From contig NIVC01001125.1 of assembly GCA_002269645.1 (NCBI GenBank), positions 1 through 26,701 of the forward strand: DNA of 26,701 nt, in the 5' to 3' direction. Positions within the stretch are counted from its first letter, which is position 1, and each line of letters starts with the position of its first letter. This stretch comes from Macrostomum lignano. Lineage: Eukaryota. A program made the translations under genes and the position numbers. The notes beneath the pieces were generated by a model. It saw only the letters and a program-made list of their open reading frames with translations. It made no database searches and had not been told where the DNA came from. This document shows positions 10,530 to 20,888 of the stretch, in pieces.

Positions 10530-11213
10530 GGGGGGGGCGGAATTGAGTTTAGGCGGGCGAAATCGAGTGTAAGGGGGGGGGCGGAATCGAGTCTAAGGGG
10601 GCGGAATCGAGTGTAGGGGGAGGGGCGGAATCGAGTGTAAGGGGGGCGGAATCGAGTGTAAGGGGGGCGGAATCGAGTGTAAGGGGGGGGCGGAATCGAG
10701 TGTAAGGGGGGCGGAATCGAGTGTAAGGGGGGAGGAATCGAGTGTAAGGGGGGAGGAATCGAGTGTTAGGGGGCGGAATCGAGTGTAAGGGGGGCGGAAT
10801 CGAGTGTTAGGGGCGGAATCGAGTGTAAGGGGGCGGAATCGAGTGTAAGGGGCGAGGAATCGAGTGTAAGGGGGGAGGAATCGAGTGTAAGGGGGGAGGA
10901 ATCGAGTGTTAGGGGGCGGAATCGAGTGTTAGGGGGCGGAATCGAGTGTAAGGGGGCGGAATCGAGTGTTAGGGGGCGGAATCGAGTGTAAGGGGGGCGG
11001 AATCGAGTGTAAGGGGGGGCGGAATCGAGTGTAAGGGGGCGGAATCGAGTGTAAGGGGGGCGGAATCGAGTGTAAGGGGGCGTAATTGAGTGTAAGGGGG
11101 GCGGAATCGAGTGTTAGGGGGCGGAATCGAGTATAAGGGGGGCGGAATCGAGTGTAAGGGGGGCGTAATTGAGTGTAAGGGGGGCGGAATCGAGTGTTAG
11201 GGGGCGGAATCAG
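10530..11213. repeat. ~21-bp G-rich minisatellite GGGGGCGGAATCGAGTGTAAG, about 32 copies
   Basis: Direct tandem periodicity with variable G-run length. Confidence 0.97.
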
Positions 11214-11749
11214 GTGTGCGACACAGTCAATACTAATAGATAGTGACATTTTACTATGATAAAATTTCTTTTAAAACCAAAAGTAGCATAAAAAGCAAGT
11301 CTAACAACAAAGTATACAAACACGCCATAATCACTGACAAAATACAACTTTTATTTTTACTTACTCTTCACAAGCAAATCGAGTTTACATTTTGGCATTT
11401 GGAACACACCTTGATAAGATATTTATTGAGATAAGAATTTAAACATTTCTGAGCGGGATTAACACAATAATTTTAGTTCATTAAGCTAAAAACTCTTTCT
11501 TTGTAAGCCAGATTACGTAAGTAAAATAAATTTAAGCAGTAAAGAATCATTTTTTTCAGAGCGATCAAAACGCTTGCATTAGCTATATATAATAGTACAT
11601 CACAACAGGAATGATTGGCTTTAGACAAAGTACAAGAATGTTGGCGCAAAAGCGCAGCCAACATGAGTGAAATTTATATTACGCGATCTTAAGTGCGCAT
11701 AAGCCTAAAATTAATTGCGAAAATTTATGTAACTCGCGAGCGAACCGGA

Positions 11750-12150
11750 GAACGAACAAACTTTGCAAGTTCCTGCGAACTGAAGTACTAGCAAACTTTT
11801 CAAGCTCTCGCGAACTGAAGTACAAGCGAACTTTTCAAGTTCTCGCAAACTGAAGTACAAGCGAACTTTTCAAGTTCTCGCAAACTGAAGTACTATCAAA
11901 CTTTTCAAGTTCTCGCGAACTGAAGTACTAGCAAACTTTTCAAGTGCTCGCGAACTGAAGTACTAGCAAAATTTTCTACTTCTCGCGAACTCAAGTACTA
12001 GCGAACTTTTCAAGTTCTCGCGAACTGAAGTACTAGCAAACTTTTACTTTTCTAGTTCTCGCGAACTGAAGTACTAGCGAACTTTTCAAGTGCTCGCGAA
12101 CTGAAGTATTTTAGAACTTTAAAAAGTACGCACGAACTTAACAAGTGCGA
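11750..12150. repeat. 35-bp minisatellite AACTTTTCAAGTTCTCGCGAACTGAAGTACTAGCA
   Basis: Units start at 11899 and 11934; about 11 copies; internal palindromes TCGCGA and AGTACT. Confidence 0.93.
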
Positions 12151-12204
12151 ATGAAGTAGCCAAAAAGTTAAACAGTACATTAGAACCGAAGTACCGGCGT
12201 ACTA

Positions 12205-13262
12205 TTAAGGCATCTGGGTAACGCTGATACACTCGCGCAACAGTCGCGGTACGGATGCTTCGGTCAAGTCTCTGGGCTGTTTATAAAGTACGCGCCGACG
12301 AACGTCTTCGTAGGCGAAGGGCAGCCGCAGCACCCAAAGGTCGCCGGGGCCAAGCGGAATCGGCTCTGGATTGCCGGGCAAGAACACCGGAGCAGCCGAG
12401 ACGGACGTCGCGGCCGATTCGCCGCCGGTTTCGGCTACAGCTGGCGCCGATGAGTCGGGCGACGGGGCAGCGAATCGAACTCGCGGATTGAGCCGAATCC
12501 GGACTGGAGCTTGAGGCGCAGCCACCCAGACTCGCATTAGCTGAGCAAATGCGCCTTTGGATTTGTGACAATGACACGGTATAAATAGCGGCAGATCTTC
12601 GCTAAGCAGCCGTTGAACTCCCTCCTTAACCTGGGTAGCTTGCATCGCGCCGCGCATCATCTGGCCGGGACTCGATACAAAAAATCGGTGCCCAAACGGG
12701 CACTCGTGCTCGAAGCCGAACCAAGCTTTGGCTGTTGGCTCGCGTCGAGTGCTTCGATATTGAGATGATTGCTGTTGTTGCTGCTGTTGCTGTTGCCACA
12801 GTTTACTGGCTACAGGTACATTCCAGGGCAGCAGGTGATTAGAGCCGCTAGAGAAGCCCGGCTGTCCAATACCGTTAGCGTGGCTGTAGCTGTTGTAGCG
12901 GCCAACAGACAGCAGGCACCAGCTTTGGACCAACGGCAGATAGCGGCCGATCAGGTCCTCGGTCATCATTCCTTTTAATTGCCGGATTGACACCTCAGTG
13001 TTATTCGATGCTGATAGCCCAGTCTCTTTAGGCGATTCAAGCTTCAAGCATTGCCGTTGTTTCCGCTTTAGATCTGCTTCTTCTTCTAATAATAATTGCT
13101 CATCTTCATCGTAGTTGCTGTGCTCGACGGCTAATGCTAGGGGAGTCCTGCTAGGCAATGTGGCTGACGGCTGGTCCAGCTCGACATCGTCCAACTCTGG
13201 ACTGCGCAGCGGCGGCAGCAGGTCGCCACTGTTCGACAGCTCCTCCGTGTACTGTGGCTGGG
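12205..13262 (-). CDS. SMG8: SMG8 nonsense-mediated decay factor, last exon (acceptor position inferred)
   Basis: WFGFEHECPFGHRFF...SEDLPLF...AQLMRVWVAAP...LWVLRLPFAY matches the SMG8 C-terminal domain; TAA at 12207-12205; phase-1 acceptor aacccgcag|CC. Confidence 0.9.
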
Positions 13263-13800
13263 CTGCGGGTTTATGGTGGGCGTGGCTGGGGGTTTATGGT
13301 GGGCGTGGCTGGGGGTTTATGGTGGATGTGGCTGGGGGTTTATGGTGGGTGTGGCTGGGGGCTTATGGTGGGTGTGGCTGGGAGTTTATGGTGGGTGTGG
13401 CTGGGGGTTTATGGTGGGTGTGGCTGGGGGTTTATGGTGGGTGTGGCTGCGGGTTTATGGTGGGTGTGGCTGCAGGTTTATGGTGGGTGTGGCTGCGGGT
13501 TTATGGTGGGTGTGGCTGCGGGTTTATGGTGGGTGTGGCTGGGGGTTTATGGTGGGTGTGGCTGGTTTATGGTGGGTGTGGCTGGGGGCTTATGGTGGGT
13601 GTGGCTGGGGGTTTATGGTGGGTGTGGCTGGGGGTTTATGGTGGATGTGGCTGCGGGTTTATGGTGGGTGTGGCTGGGGGTTTATGGTGGGTGTGGCTGG
13701 TTTATGGTGGGTGTGGCTGCAGTTTTATGGTGGGTGTGGCTGCGGGTTTATGGTGGGTGTGGCTGCGGGTTTATGGTGGGTGTGGCTGAGGGTTTGTGGG
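13256..13800. repeat. 23-bp minisatellite GTGGCTGGGGGTTTATGGTGGGT (with 20-bp deletion variants)
   Basis: About 24 tandem units; the source of the MVGVAGG-type ORFs. Confidence 0.97.
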
Positions 13801-13811
13801 TAAGATTAGCT

Positions 13812-14052
13812 GTCTGATGATTTAATATTTGGTGTCTGATGGGGTGAGAATAGATTTCTGATGGGTGAGATTAGATTTTCCATGGGGTGAGATTAGATGT
13901 CTGATGGGATGATATTAGATTTCTAATGGGGTGAGATTAGACGTCTGATGGGGTGAGATTAGACGTCTGATGGGGTGAGATTAGGTGTCTAGTAAGGTGA
14001 GATTTAATGCCTAAATAACGAGGGAGATTAAGCATCTAGTGGGTGAGATTCA
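13812..14052. repeat. Degenerate 22-bp minisatellite GATGGGGTGAGATTAGACGTCT
   Basis: Units start at 13926 and 13948. Confidence 0.88.
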
Positions 14053-14123
14053 TGCTTTAGACAAAGCTAACAGTGATTACAATTAGAGCTTTAATGTGAG
14101 CTAGGTCGATACAATATACACAC

Positions 14124-14641
14124 TTTTATCCTCGGAGCCTCTCCGCTGATAGACTGGCAGAGGCACAGGCTGGTGCTGGCCGCAGCAGCTGTCAATCAGA
14201 CGGCTATAAAAGTGCACATTGGCCTCCTCCCAGTTGAAAGGATCTGGTCGGCTTTCCAACAGTCGGCCGCACGAGCAGGCGGCCCGCATCGATGTGTAAG
14301 CTGACGAATGCGGCATCGCCGGCAGCTGCTGCTGCTGATCAGCCGAGGTGCCGGGCAGGCTGTGCCGCTCGTTAACGCACGGATGCGAGGTGACGCTCAG
14401 GGCTTCGCACATCTGCCGGCCGGACAGCCAGACGCTGTTGCAGCGAGCCTCCAATTCAGCCAGGTATTTATCGGCTGCCGGGCCTCGGGCATTGTCTAGG
14501 AACACCTGCTGGGCCTTGCGAATGCGCTCGGTGTGCACCCGATGGCTGTAGTGGGCTGGCAGGCCCTCGCGATAGACGGACTCGGCCAGTGGCAGGGCGC
14601 TGGCGCACCGGGTCTCCGAGAATTTGCGCACAATGTCGCAC
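14124..14641 (-). CDS. SMG8: SMG8 exon 4
   Basis: Acceptor cacttccag|G; encodes KFSETRCASALPLA...ARGPA...W.SGRQMCE..S.T.H.C...CSCGR...RPDPF...AN, conserved in SMG8; donor A|GTGTGT inferred. Confidence 0.9.
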
Positions 14642-14687
14642 CTGGAAGTGAAGGGGAGATTAAGGGTGATTAAGCGTTCTTCAGACG

Positions 14688-15048
14688 CCCCAGCAACTGA
14701 GGATCTAAGAGGTTAAAGCTGACCAAGCAACTGAGGATCTGGGAGGCTGACCCAGCTACTGACACTCTGGGAGGCTGGCCCAGCAACTGAGGATCTGGGA
14801 GGCTGGCCCAGCTACTGAGGATCTGGGAGGCTGACCCAGCAACTGAGGATCTGGGAGGCTGACCCAGCAACTGAGGATCTGGGAGGCTGGCCCAGCAACT
14901 GAGGATCTGGGAGGCTGACCCAGCAACTGAGGATCTGGGAGGCTGGCCCAGCAACTGAGGATCTGGGAGGCTGACCCAGCAACTGAGGATCTGGGAGGCT
15001 GGTCCAGCAACTGAGGATCTGGGAGGCTGACCCAGCAACTGAGGATCG
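14688..15048. repeat. 28-bp minisatellite GGGAGGCTGACCCAGCAACTGAGGATCT
   Basis: Units start at 14881, 14909 and 14937. Confidence 0.96.
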
Positions 15049-15111
15049 GTAGTGACACAAGCAACTCCAGAGGGTGAATAAACACATACTCATGACCATT
15101 ATCCAACTCAC

Positions 15112-15509
15112 CTAGCCTTGAACTCGTTCATAACCCTCTGCACGCCTGGGTCTAGATCCGTAAGCAGCAGTTTGTGCAGCTTGTGGCAGACTTTAAACCA
15201 GCTCTTGGCCGAGACCAGATCCAGCGGGCCGCCGCCAACGCCGCCCTCAGCCTCCGCCTGGTTCATGTGCCGTTCGAGGAATCTGGCGAATTCCCGATTG
15301 TACGAACCGCCCGTCAGCGACTGCATGAATTCATTATCCAACAGTTGATCGTCTGTTAAGTCTACGGGGTCGTCCAGCTCTAGCAGAGACTGAAAGACGC
15401 CAGACGGCGAGGCTGGTGCAGGCGGGCTGACGCAGCAGAATCCGCCGTCTGGTAGACGGCACAAGTTGCCGGCCTCGGGGCCCGTGATGAGTTTTGCGCG
15501 GCGGAATAT
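15112..15509 (-). CDS. SMG8: SMG8 exon 3
   Basis: Acceptor cgcccgcag|ATA; the join CQIYQ|IFRRAKLIT matches SMG8 EDQIYRIFRKSRVLT; donor AG|GTGAGT is phase 2 and matches the next exon. Confidence 0.9.
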
Positions 15510-15559
15510 CTGCGGGCGTGGAGGCAGTGCAGGGGCGGGTTATGGGTACCTGCTGGGGC

Positions 15560-16365
15560 GGGTTCTAATTGGGGTGGATTCTAATTGGGGTGGGTTCTAA
15601 TTAGGGCGGATTCTAATTGGGGTGGATTCTAATTGGGGTGGGTTCTAATTGGGGTGGGTTCTAATTGGGGTGGATTCTAATTGGGGTGGGTTCTAATTGG
15701 GGTGGGTTCTAATTGGGGTGGGTTCTAATTGGGGTGGATTCTAATTGGGGTGGGTTCTAATTGGAGTGGATTCTAATTGGGGTGGGTTCTAATTAGGGCG
15801 GATTCTAATTGGGGTGGATTCTAATTGGGGTGGGTTCTAATTGGGGTGGGTTCTAATTGGGTAGGTTTTAACTGGGGTGGGTTCTAATTGGGGTGGGTTC
15901 TAATTAGGGCGGATTCTAATTGGGGTGGGTTCTAATTGGGGTGGATTCTAATTGGGGTGGGTTCTAATTAGGGCGGATTCTAATTGGGGTGGATTCTAAT
16001 TGGGGTGGGTTCTAATTGGGGTGGGTTCTAATTGGGTAGGTTTTAACTGGGGTGGGTTCTAATTGGGGTGGGTTCTAATTAGGGCGGATTCTAATTGGGG
16101 TGGGTTCTAATTGGAGTGGATTCTAATTGGGGTGGATTCTAATTGGGGTAGGTTCTAACTGGGGTGGGTTCTAATTGGGGTGGGTTCTAATTGGGTAGGT
16201 TTTAACTGGGGTGGGTTCTTATTGGGGTGGGTTCTAATTGGGGTGGGTTCTAATTGGGGTGAATTCTAATTAGGGCGGATTCTAATTGGGGTGGGTTCTA
16301 ATTGTGGTGTGTTTTAAATTGGGGTGAAATTGGGGTGGATTCTAACTGGGTAGGCTCTAAATAGG
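15560..16365. repeat. 16-bp G-rich minisatellite TTCTAATTGGGGTGGG, about 48 copies
   Basis: Direct 16-bp periodicity with recurring TTAGGGCGGA and GGGTAGGTTTTAAC variant units. Confidence 0.97.
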
Positions 16366-16420
16366 ACTAAATCAGCTAGCGACTGAATCAGAGTGTCGCT
16401 TTAAATAAAAAATGCTCCAC

Positions 16421-16663
16421 CTGATAAATCTGGCACTGCAAGCTATCAGCCAGAGCTCGTTGGTGACCGCCGTCAATTAGCTGCTTAGTAAGATTGCCCG
16501 GACTCAGTTGGAAATGGAATAGCACAGCCGGGCATGAGGTCCGACCATTCAGAGTCCAATCTCGGGGCACAGGGAACGAGCGATAGGCCTGGCACAGTTG
16601 GCCCAGCAACTGCTGACGCAGCTGAGACACCAGCTGTAGGGTTCGAGTTACTGCCGGATTCAC
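16421..16663 (-). CDS. SMG8: SMG8 exon 2
   Basis: Acceptor cttcgcag|GTG; donor CAG|GTGGAG; 243 nt; PVPRDWTLNGRTSCPAVLFHFQL matches SMG8 PVGKDWKLNCRPCPPRLLFLFQL. Confidence 0.9.
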
Positions 16664-16715
16664 CTGCGAAGTTGCAAAGGGATAATTGAGTAATTAATAC
16701 GAGCTAATTAACTGG

Positions 16716-17342
16716 ACTTCCGGAGTTAAAAAAGATCCCATCGATCCCACTGAACCGGAAATATCGAATTTTCCTGGACTTTGAAGATCCCATCGATCCC
16801 ACTGAACCGGAAGTATCGAATTTTCCATAACTTTGAAAATCCCAACGATCCCACTGAACCGGAAGCATCGAATTTCCCTGAACTTTGAAGATCCCATCGA
16901 TCCCACTGAACCGGAAGTATCGAATTTTCCATAACTTTGAAAATCCCATCGATCCCACTGAACCGGAAGTATTGAATTTCAATAAACTTTGAAGATCCCA
17001 TCGATCCCACTGAACCGGAAGTATCGAATTTTCCATAACTTTGAAAATCCCATCGATCCCACTGAACCGGAAGTATTGAATTTCCCTGAACTTTGAAGAT
17101 CCCATCGATCCCACTGAACCGGAAGCATCGAATTTCCCTGAACTTTGAAGATCCCATCGATCCCACTGAACCGGAAGTATCGAATTTTCCATAACTTTGA
17201 AAATCCCATCGATCCCACTGAACCGGAAGTATTGAATTTCCCTGAACTTTGAAGATCCCATCGATCCCACTGAACCGGAAGTATCGAATTTTCCATAACT
17301 TTGAAAATCCCATCGATCCCACCGAACCGGAAGTTGGAAAAT
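16716..17342. repeat. 52-bp minisatellite TCCCACTGAACCGGAAGTATCGAATTTTCCATAACTTTGAAAATCCCATCGA, about 12 copies
   Basis: Units start at 16901 and 16953; two roughly alternating variants (CATAAC..AAAAT and CTGAAC..AAGAT). Confidence 0.96.
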
Positions 17343-17351
17343 CCAACCAAC

Positions 17352-17906
17352 CTGAGTCCCAATACAGTTGAACACAACAACATGCGACACGGAGAACAGG
17401 TATAGCAAAGCTCTGATGTTATCAAAATCGGCCGCAGTCAGCATAGCGGCAACATTAGGCGTGTCCGGATTAAGATCTCGGACAAAAGCGGCGTACAGGT
17501 GAGCTAAATGAGCCGGGTCATTCGGTCCGGTTAAGCTTAGAAACACGGCCCGCTTTTCTGGGCTGTAGAATCCGTGCAGCCTGACCAGCTGCTGCTGATC
17601 AGATGCCGACTTATCGGCGGTACTATCGACATCGTCCGCCACTGTAGCACCGTCGCTTTCAAAACCATAGCCTAGCAACGGCGGTTGAAACGCCGGCCTA
17701 TCTAATAACTGCAGTTCCAATTGTAGAGTTTTGCTGGGACACAACCTGGGATCGGACCGGCCAACAAAAGCCACTACGCGAATTCGCGTATCGCGTCGGG
17801 ATAAACGATTGAAGTCGAAGTTCGGGGGCAAGGGGAACCAGCCGGGTTGGCAGGCTGGTTGAGACCTCTGCTGATGCTGCTCATGGTGATGATGCTGATA
17901 GTGCCT
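17352..17906 (-). CDS. SMG8: SMG8 first recognisable exon (5' end uncertain, no in-frame ATG)
   Basis: IRVVAFVGRS...LLYLFSVSHVVV matches the SMG8 N-terminal G-fold; donor CAG|GTTGGT; frame open back to a TGA at 17924-17922. Confidence 0.8.
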
Positions 17907-17984
17907 CTGAGTATCCAGAAATCAATGCATCAGCGATTTAAAAAAAGCATATGAAAAGACTTAAGACATTAAGGAATTGAAAGG

Positions 17985-18510
17985 AGTGGCCTAGGAGTGT
18001 CTTAGGAGTGACCCACCAGAGAAACAGGTGTCTTAGGAGTGATCCACTTGAGGAATCAGTGGCTTAGGAGTGACCCTCTTGAGGAATCAGTGGCTTGGGA
18101 GTGACTCACTTGAGGAATCAGTGGCTTAGGAGTGACCCACTTGAGGAATCAGTGGCTTAGGAGTGACTCATTTGAGGAATCAGTGGCTTAGGAGTGACCC
18201 GCTTGAGGAATCAGTGGCTTAGGAGTGACCCGCTTGAGGAATCAGTGGCTTAGGAGTGACCCGCTTGAGGAATCAGTGGCTTGGGAGTGACCCGCTTGAG
18301 GAATCAGTGGCTTAGGAGTGACCCGCTTGAGGAATCAGTGGCTTGGGAGTGACTCACTTGAGGAATCAGTGGCTTGGGAGTGACTCACTTGAGGAATCAG
18401 TGGCTTGGGAGTGACTCACTTGAGGAATCAGTGGCTTAGGAGTGACACACTTGAGGAATCAGTGGCTTAGGAGTGACCCACTAGATACTGATGTGTTAGC
18501 TAATCGTAGG
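17985..18510. repeat. 31-bp minisatellite GGCTTAGGAGTGACCCACTTGAGGAATCAGT
   Basis: Units start at 18061 and 18092; about 15 copies. Confidence 0.96.
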
Positions 18511-19004
18511 AGTGACCTGTATGCATACGTATAAACTGATTATCTAAGTAGCAAGACATAACTAAAAATAAGCGAGAACTAGCAAAAAATAAATTGTGTG
18601 CCTTTATTTCAAACATTATCAGTTTTAGTAGTTTATACAGGTAAGCAATTAAAAAATAAGGACATGATAACTACGCAGCATATTATTTAATACAAAATTA
18701 TAGTTAGCTACTATGCACAATAAGCAATAACCTGAAAATTTAACCGAGATTAAAACAGGCATAACAGATAAAATGTATAGATGTACAAATATGCACACAT
18801 GTCACGCTTTTAAACAATAAAGACATTTTATAGTGCACGCAGGCAATAAAATGCACTGTAACAAAGGACAAATACAACAAAACTGTGTTAACTGTCTTTG
18901 TTAAACCTGTTTTATGAATGGATAGCACTTTTAAGTAAATATCAAGTACATTTGAATGACGGTAAAGGAATGAGGGCTGTATAACGGTAGATAAGAGTAG
19001 ATTA

Positions 19005-19378
19005 TTAGGGTAGCTTAAGGGTAGATGATTAGGGTAGCTTAAGGGTAGATGATTTGGGTAGCTTAAAGGTAGATTATTTGGGTAGCTTAAGGGTAGATGA
19101 TTTGGGTAGCTTAAGGGTAGATGATTTGGGTAGCTTAACGGTAGATGATTAGGGTAGGTTAAGGGTAGATGATTTGGGTAGCTTAAGGGTAGATGATTAG
19201 GGTAGCTTAAGGGTAGATGATTTGGGTAGCTTAAGGGTAGATGATTTGGGTAGCTTAACGGTAGATGATTAGGGTAGGTTAAGGGTAGATGATTAGGGTA
19301 GCTTAAGGGTAGATGATTTGGGTAGCTTAACGGTAGATTATTAGGGTAGATTAACGGTAGAGGGTAGCTTAACCTCAA
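19005..19378. repeat. 24-bp minisatellite GGGTAGCTTAAGGGTAGATGATT(A/T)
   Basis: About 15 tandem units; the source of the LSYPNHLP ORF. Confidence 0.96.
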
Positions 19379-19902
19379 CGTTAGAGGATTAAGGCAGCTT
19401 AAAAGACAGAACTATTGCATCTGATCGATAGGTTAGAAAGGTAGATCGATAGGTTAGCATGAAAATTTATTAAAAAAACGGTAACTGCAAAGGTAGATAG
19501 GTAAATAGTGAATAAATTTTAGTGCATGCAGGTTTATTCTTACTCATATTTTCGTTTTATAGCATGAGTAAATGTTAAACTGACTGCTCAAAACTTGTCG
19601 TGCAAAGTACTCACATCTCGTGCCAAATACATAACTTCGTATATACATATAGCGACGGAATAGCAACATACTTAAAACACAAGTATTAAAGTATGCAGCA
19701 CTTTTTTGAACGCAACAACCTACAAGAGCATCGAATAATGTAGCATGATATGAAAAATGAAAATAACATATGAAAATAGACGAATTAAAATAGCTGCCAA
19801 TGCAGTGCTGATTGCTAGGACCAGATTAAAGTTACTTGAAAATTGACATCTTTTTACTTTATTTATTATTTGATTATTAGACAGACAGGGTTGATGGGCC
19901 AT

Positions 19903-20240
19903 TCTAGAGTGAGGTTGGAGGGCGGTTCCAGAGTGGGGTTGGAGGGCGGTTCTAGAGTGGGGTTGGAGGGCGGTTCTAGAGTGGGGTTGGAGGGCGGTTC
20001 TAGAGTGGGGTGGGATGGCGGTTCTAGAGTGGGGTTGGAGGGCGGTTCTAGAGTGGGGTTGGAGGGCGGTTCTAGAGTGGGGTGGGATGGCGGTTCCAGA
20101 GTGGGGTTGGAGGGCGGTTCTAGAGTGGGGTTGGAGGGCGGTTCTAGAGTGGGGTTGGAGGGCGGTTCTAGAGTGGGGTTGGAGGGCGGTTCTAGAGTGG
20201 GGTTAGAGGGGATTCTAGAGTGAAGTTGGAGGGCGACTCT
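19903..20240. repeat. 24-bp minisatellite TCTAGAGTGGGGTTGGAGGGCGGT
   Basis: About 13 tandem units; the source of the GSRVGLEG ORFs. Confidence 0.96.
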
Positions 20241-20344
20241 AAAACAATTTTGATAGTTTAACATTAGTTTGAGATTAGTAAACAACATGAGTACATCTCT
20301 GCTTAGCTTAAATGGACAAATGACTAGCGTTAATTACATAAGAA

Positions 20345-20888
20345 CTAAGAATCGGAGTCTGCACAGTCTTTAGCCTCATCATCAGCCGGGGATGCTGCAT
20401 TCCCAGTGGCCTGATCTTCAGCACCGGCTTTGGCACTGGGTGTATCCGCAACCAGGCCAGTCCCAGCCGTGGGATAAGGATAAGGCTTGCCAGTCACCTT
20501 GCACAGATGTTCAATGGCTAATTGATAGGCCTTTTTAATGCTAGTTCGAAGGCGGCTTCTTTTGGCGTCAACTAGGCGTTCTTTGTCAATCTCGGTGCAA
20601 ACTCCCAGCAGCTCGAGTTTATCGGCCATTAACCATTGCCAGGTGCGTTTCTGATCGAAGAACAGTACAAGATAGTCTTCGCCGCGACAGGACTGCAGTA
20701 CAGAATCTGGCGGAGCGGGTATTGGCACCCCGTTCTGAGAGTAGCCACTCTTGGGCATGTCGGGATCAATCACTAGGCCTGGATAGGATGGATAACCGCG
20801 ACATTTGGCCCACACTAAGTCCAAGGGTTTTACTGGGCCTTCGCCGCTGCTGGTTGATCGAGACGGATTGCGCGTTCGACTGGGATTC
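20345..20888 (-). CDS. BRPF1: BRPF/peregrin (Br140) family protein, terminal PWWP exon
   Basis: [22 protein letters not shown]...GVPIP.PP..VL...YLVLFFD.KRTWQWL is close to the BRPF1 PWWP domain; acceptor aattctag|G (phase 2). The symbol denotes the family; the exact orthologue is not resolved. Confidence 0.93.

Noticed and set aside
12255-14551. Plus-strand and alternative-frame ORFs overlapping SMG8 exons and the 23-bp array
   Set aside because: Shadow ORFs of GC-rich exons or repeat translations; no recognisable domains.
19005-19378. Interstitial telomere (TTAGGG occurs in some units)
   Set aside because: TTAGGG appears only once per variant 24-bp unit, never in tandem.
18740-20288. LSYPNHLP and PSNPTLEP/GSRVGLEG octapeptide-repeat ORFs as secreted repeat proteins or an upstream SMG8 exon
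   Set aside because: 24-bp units are open on both strands, with TTG starts, no signal peptide and no compatible splice donor identified.
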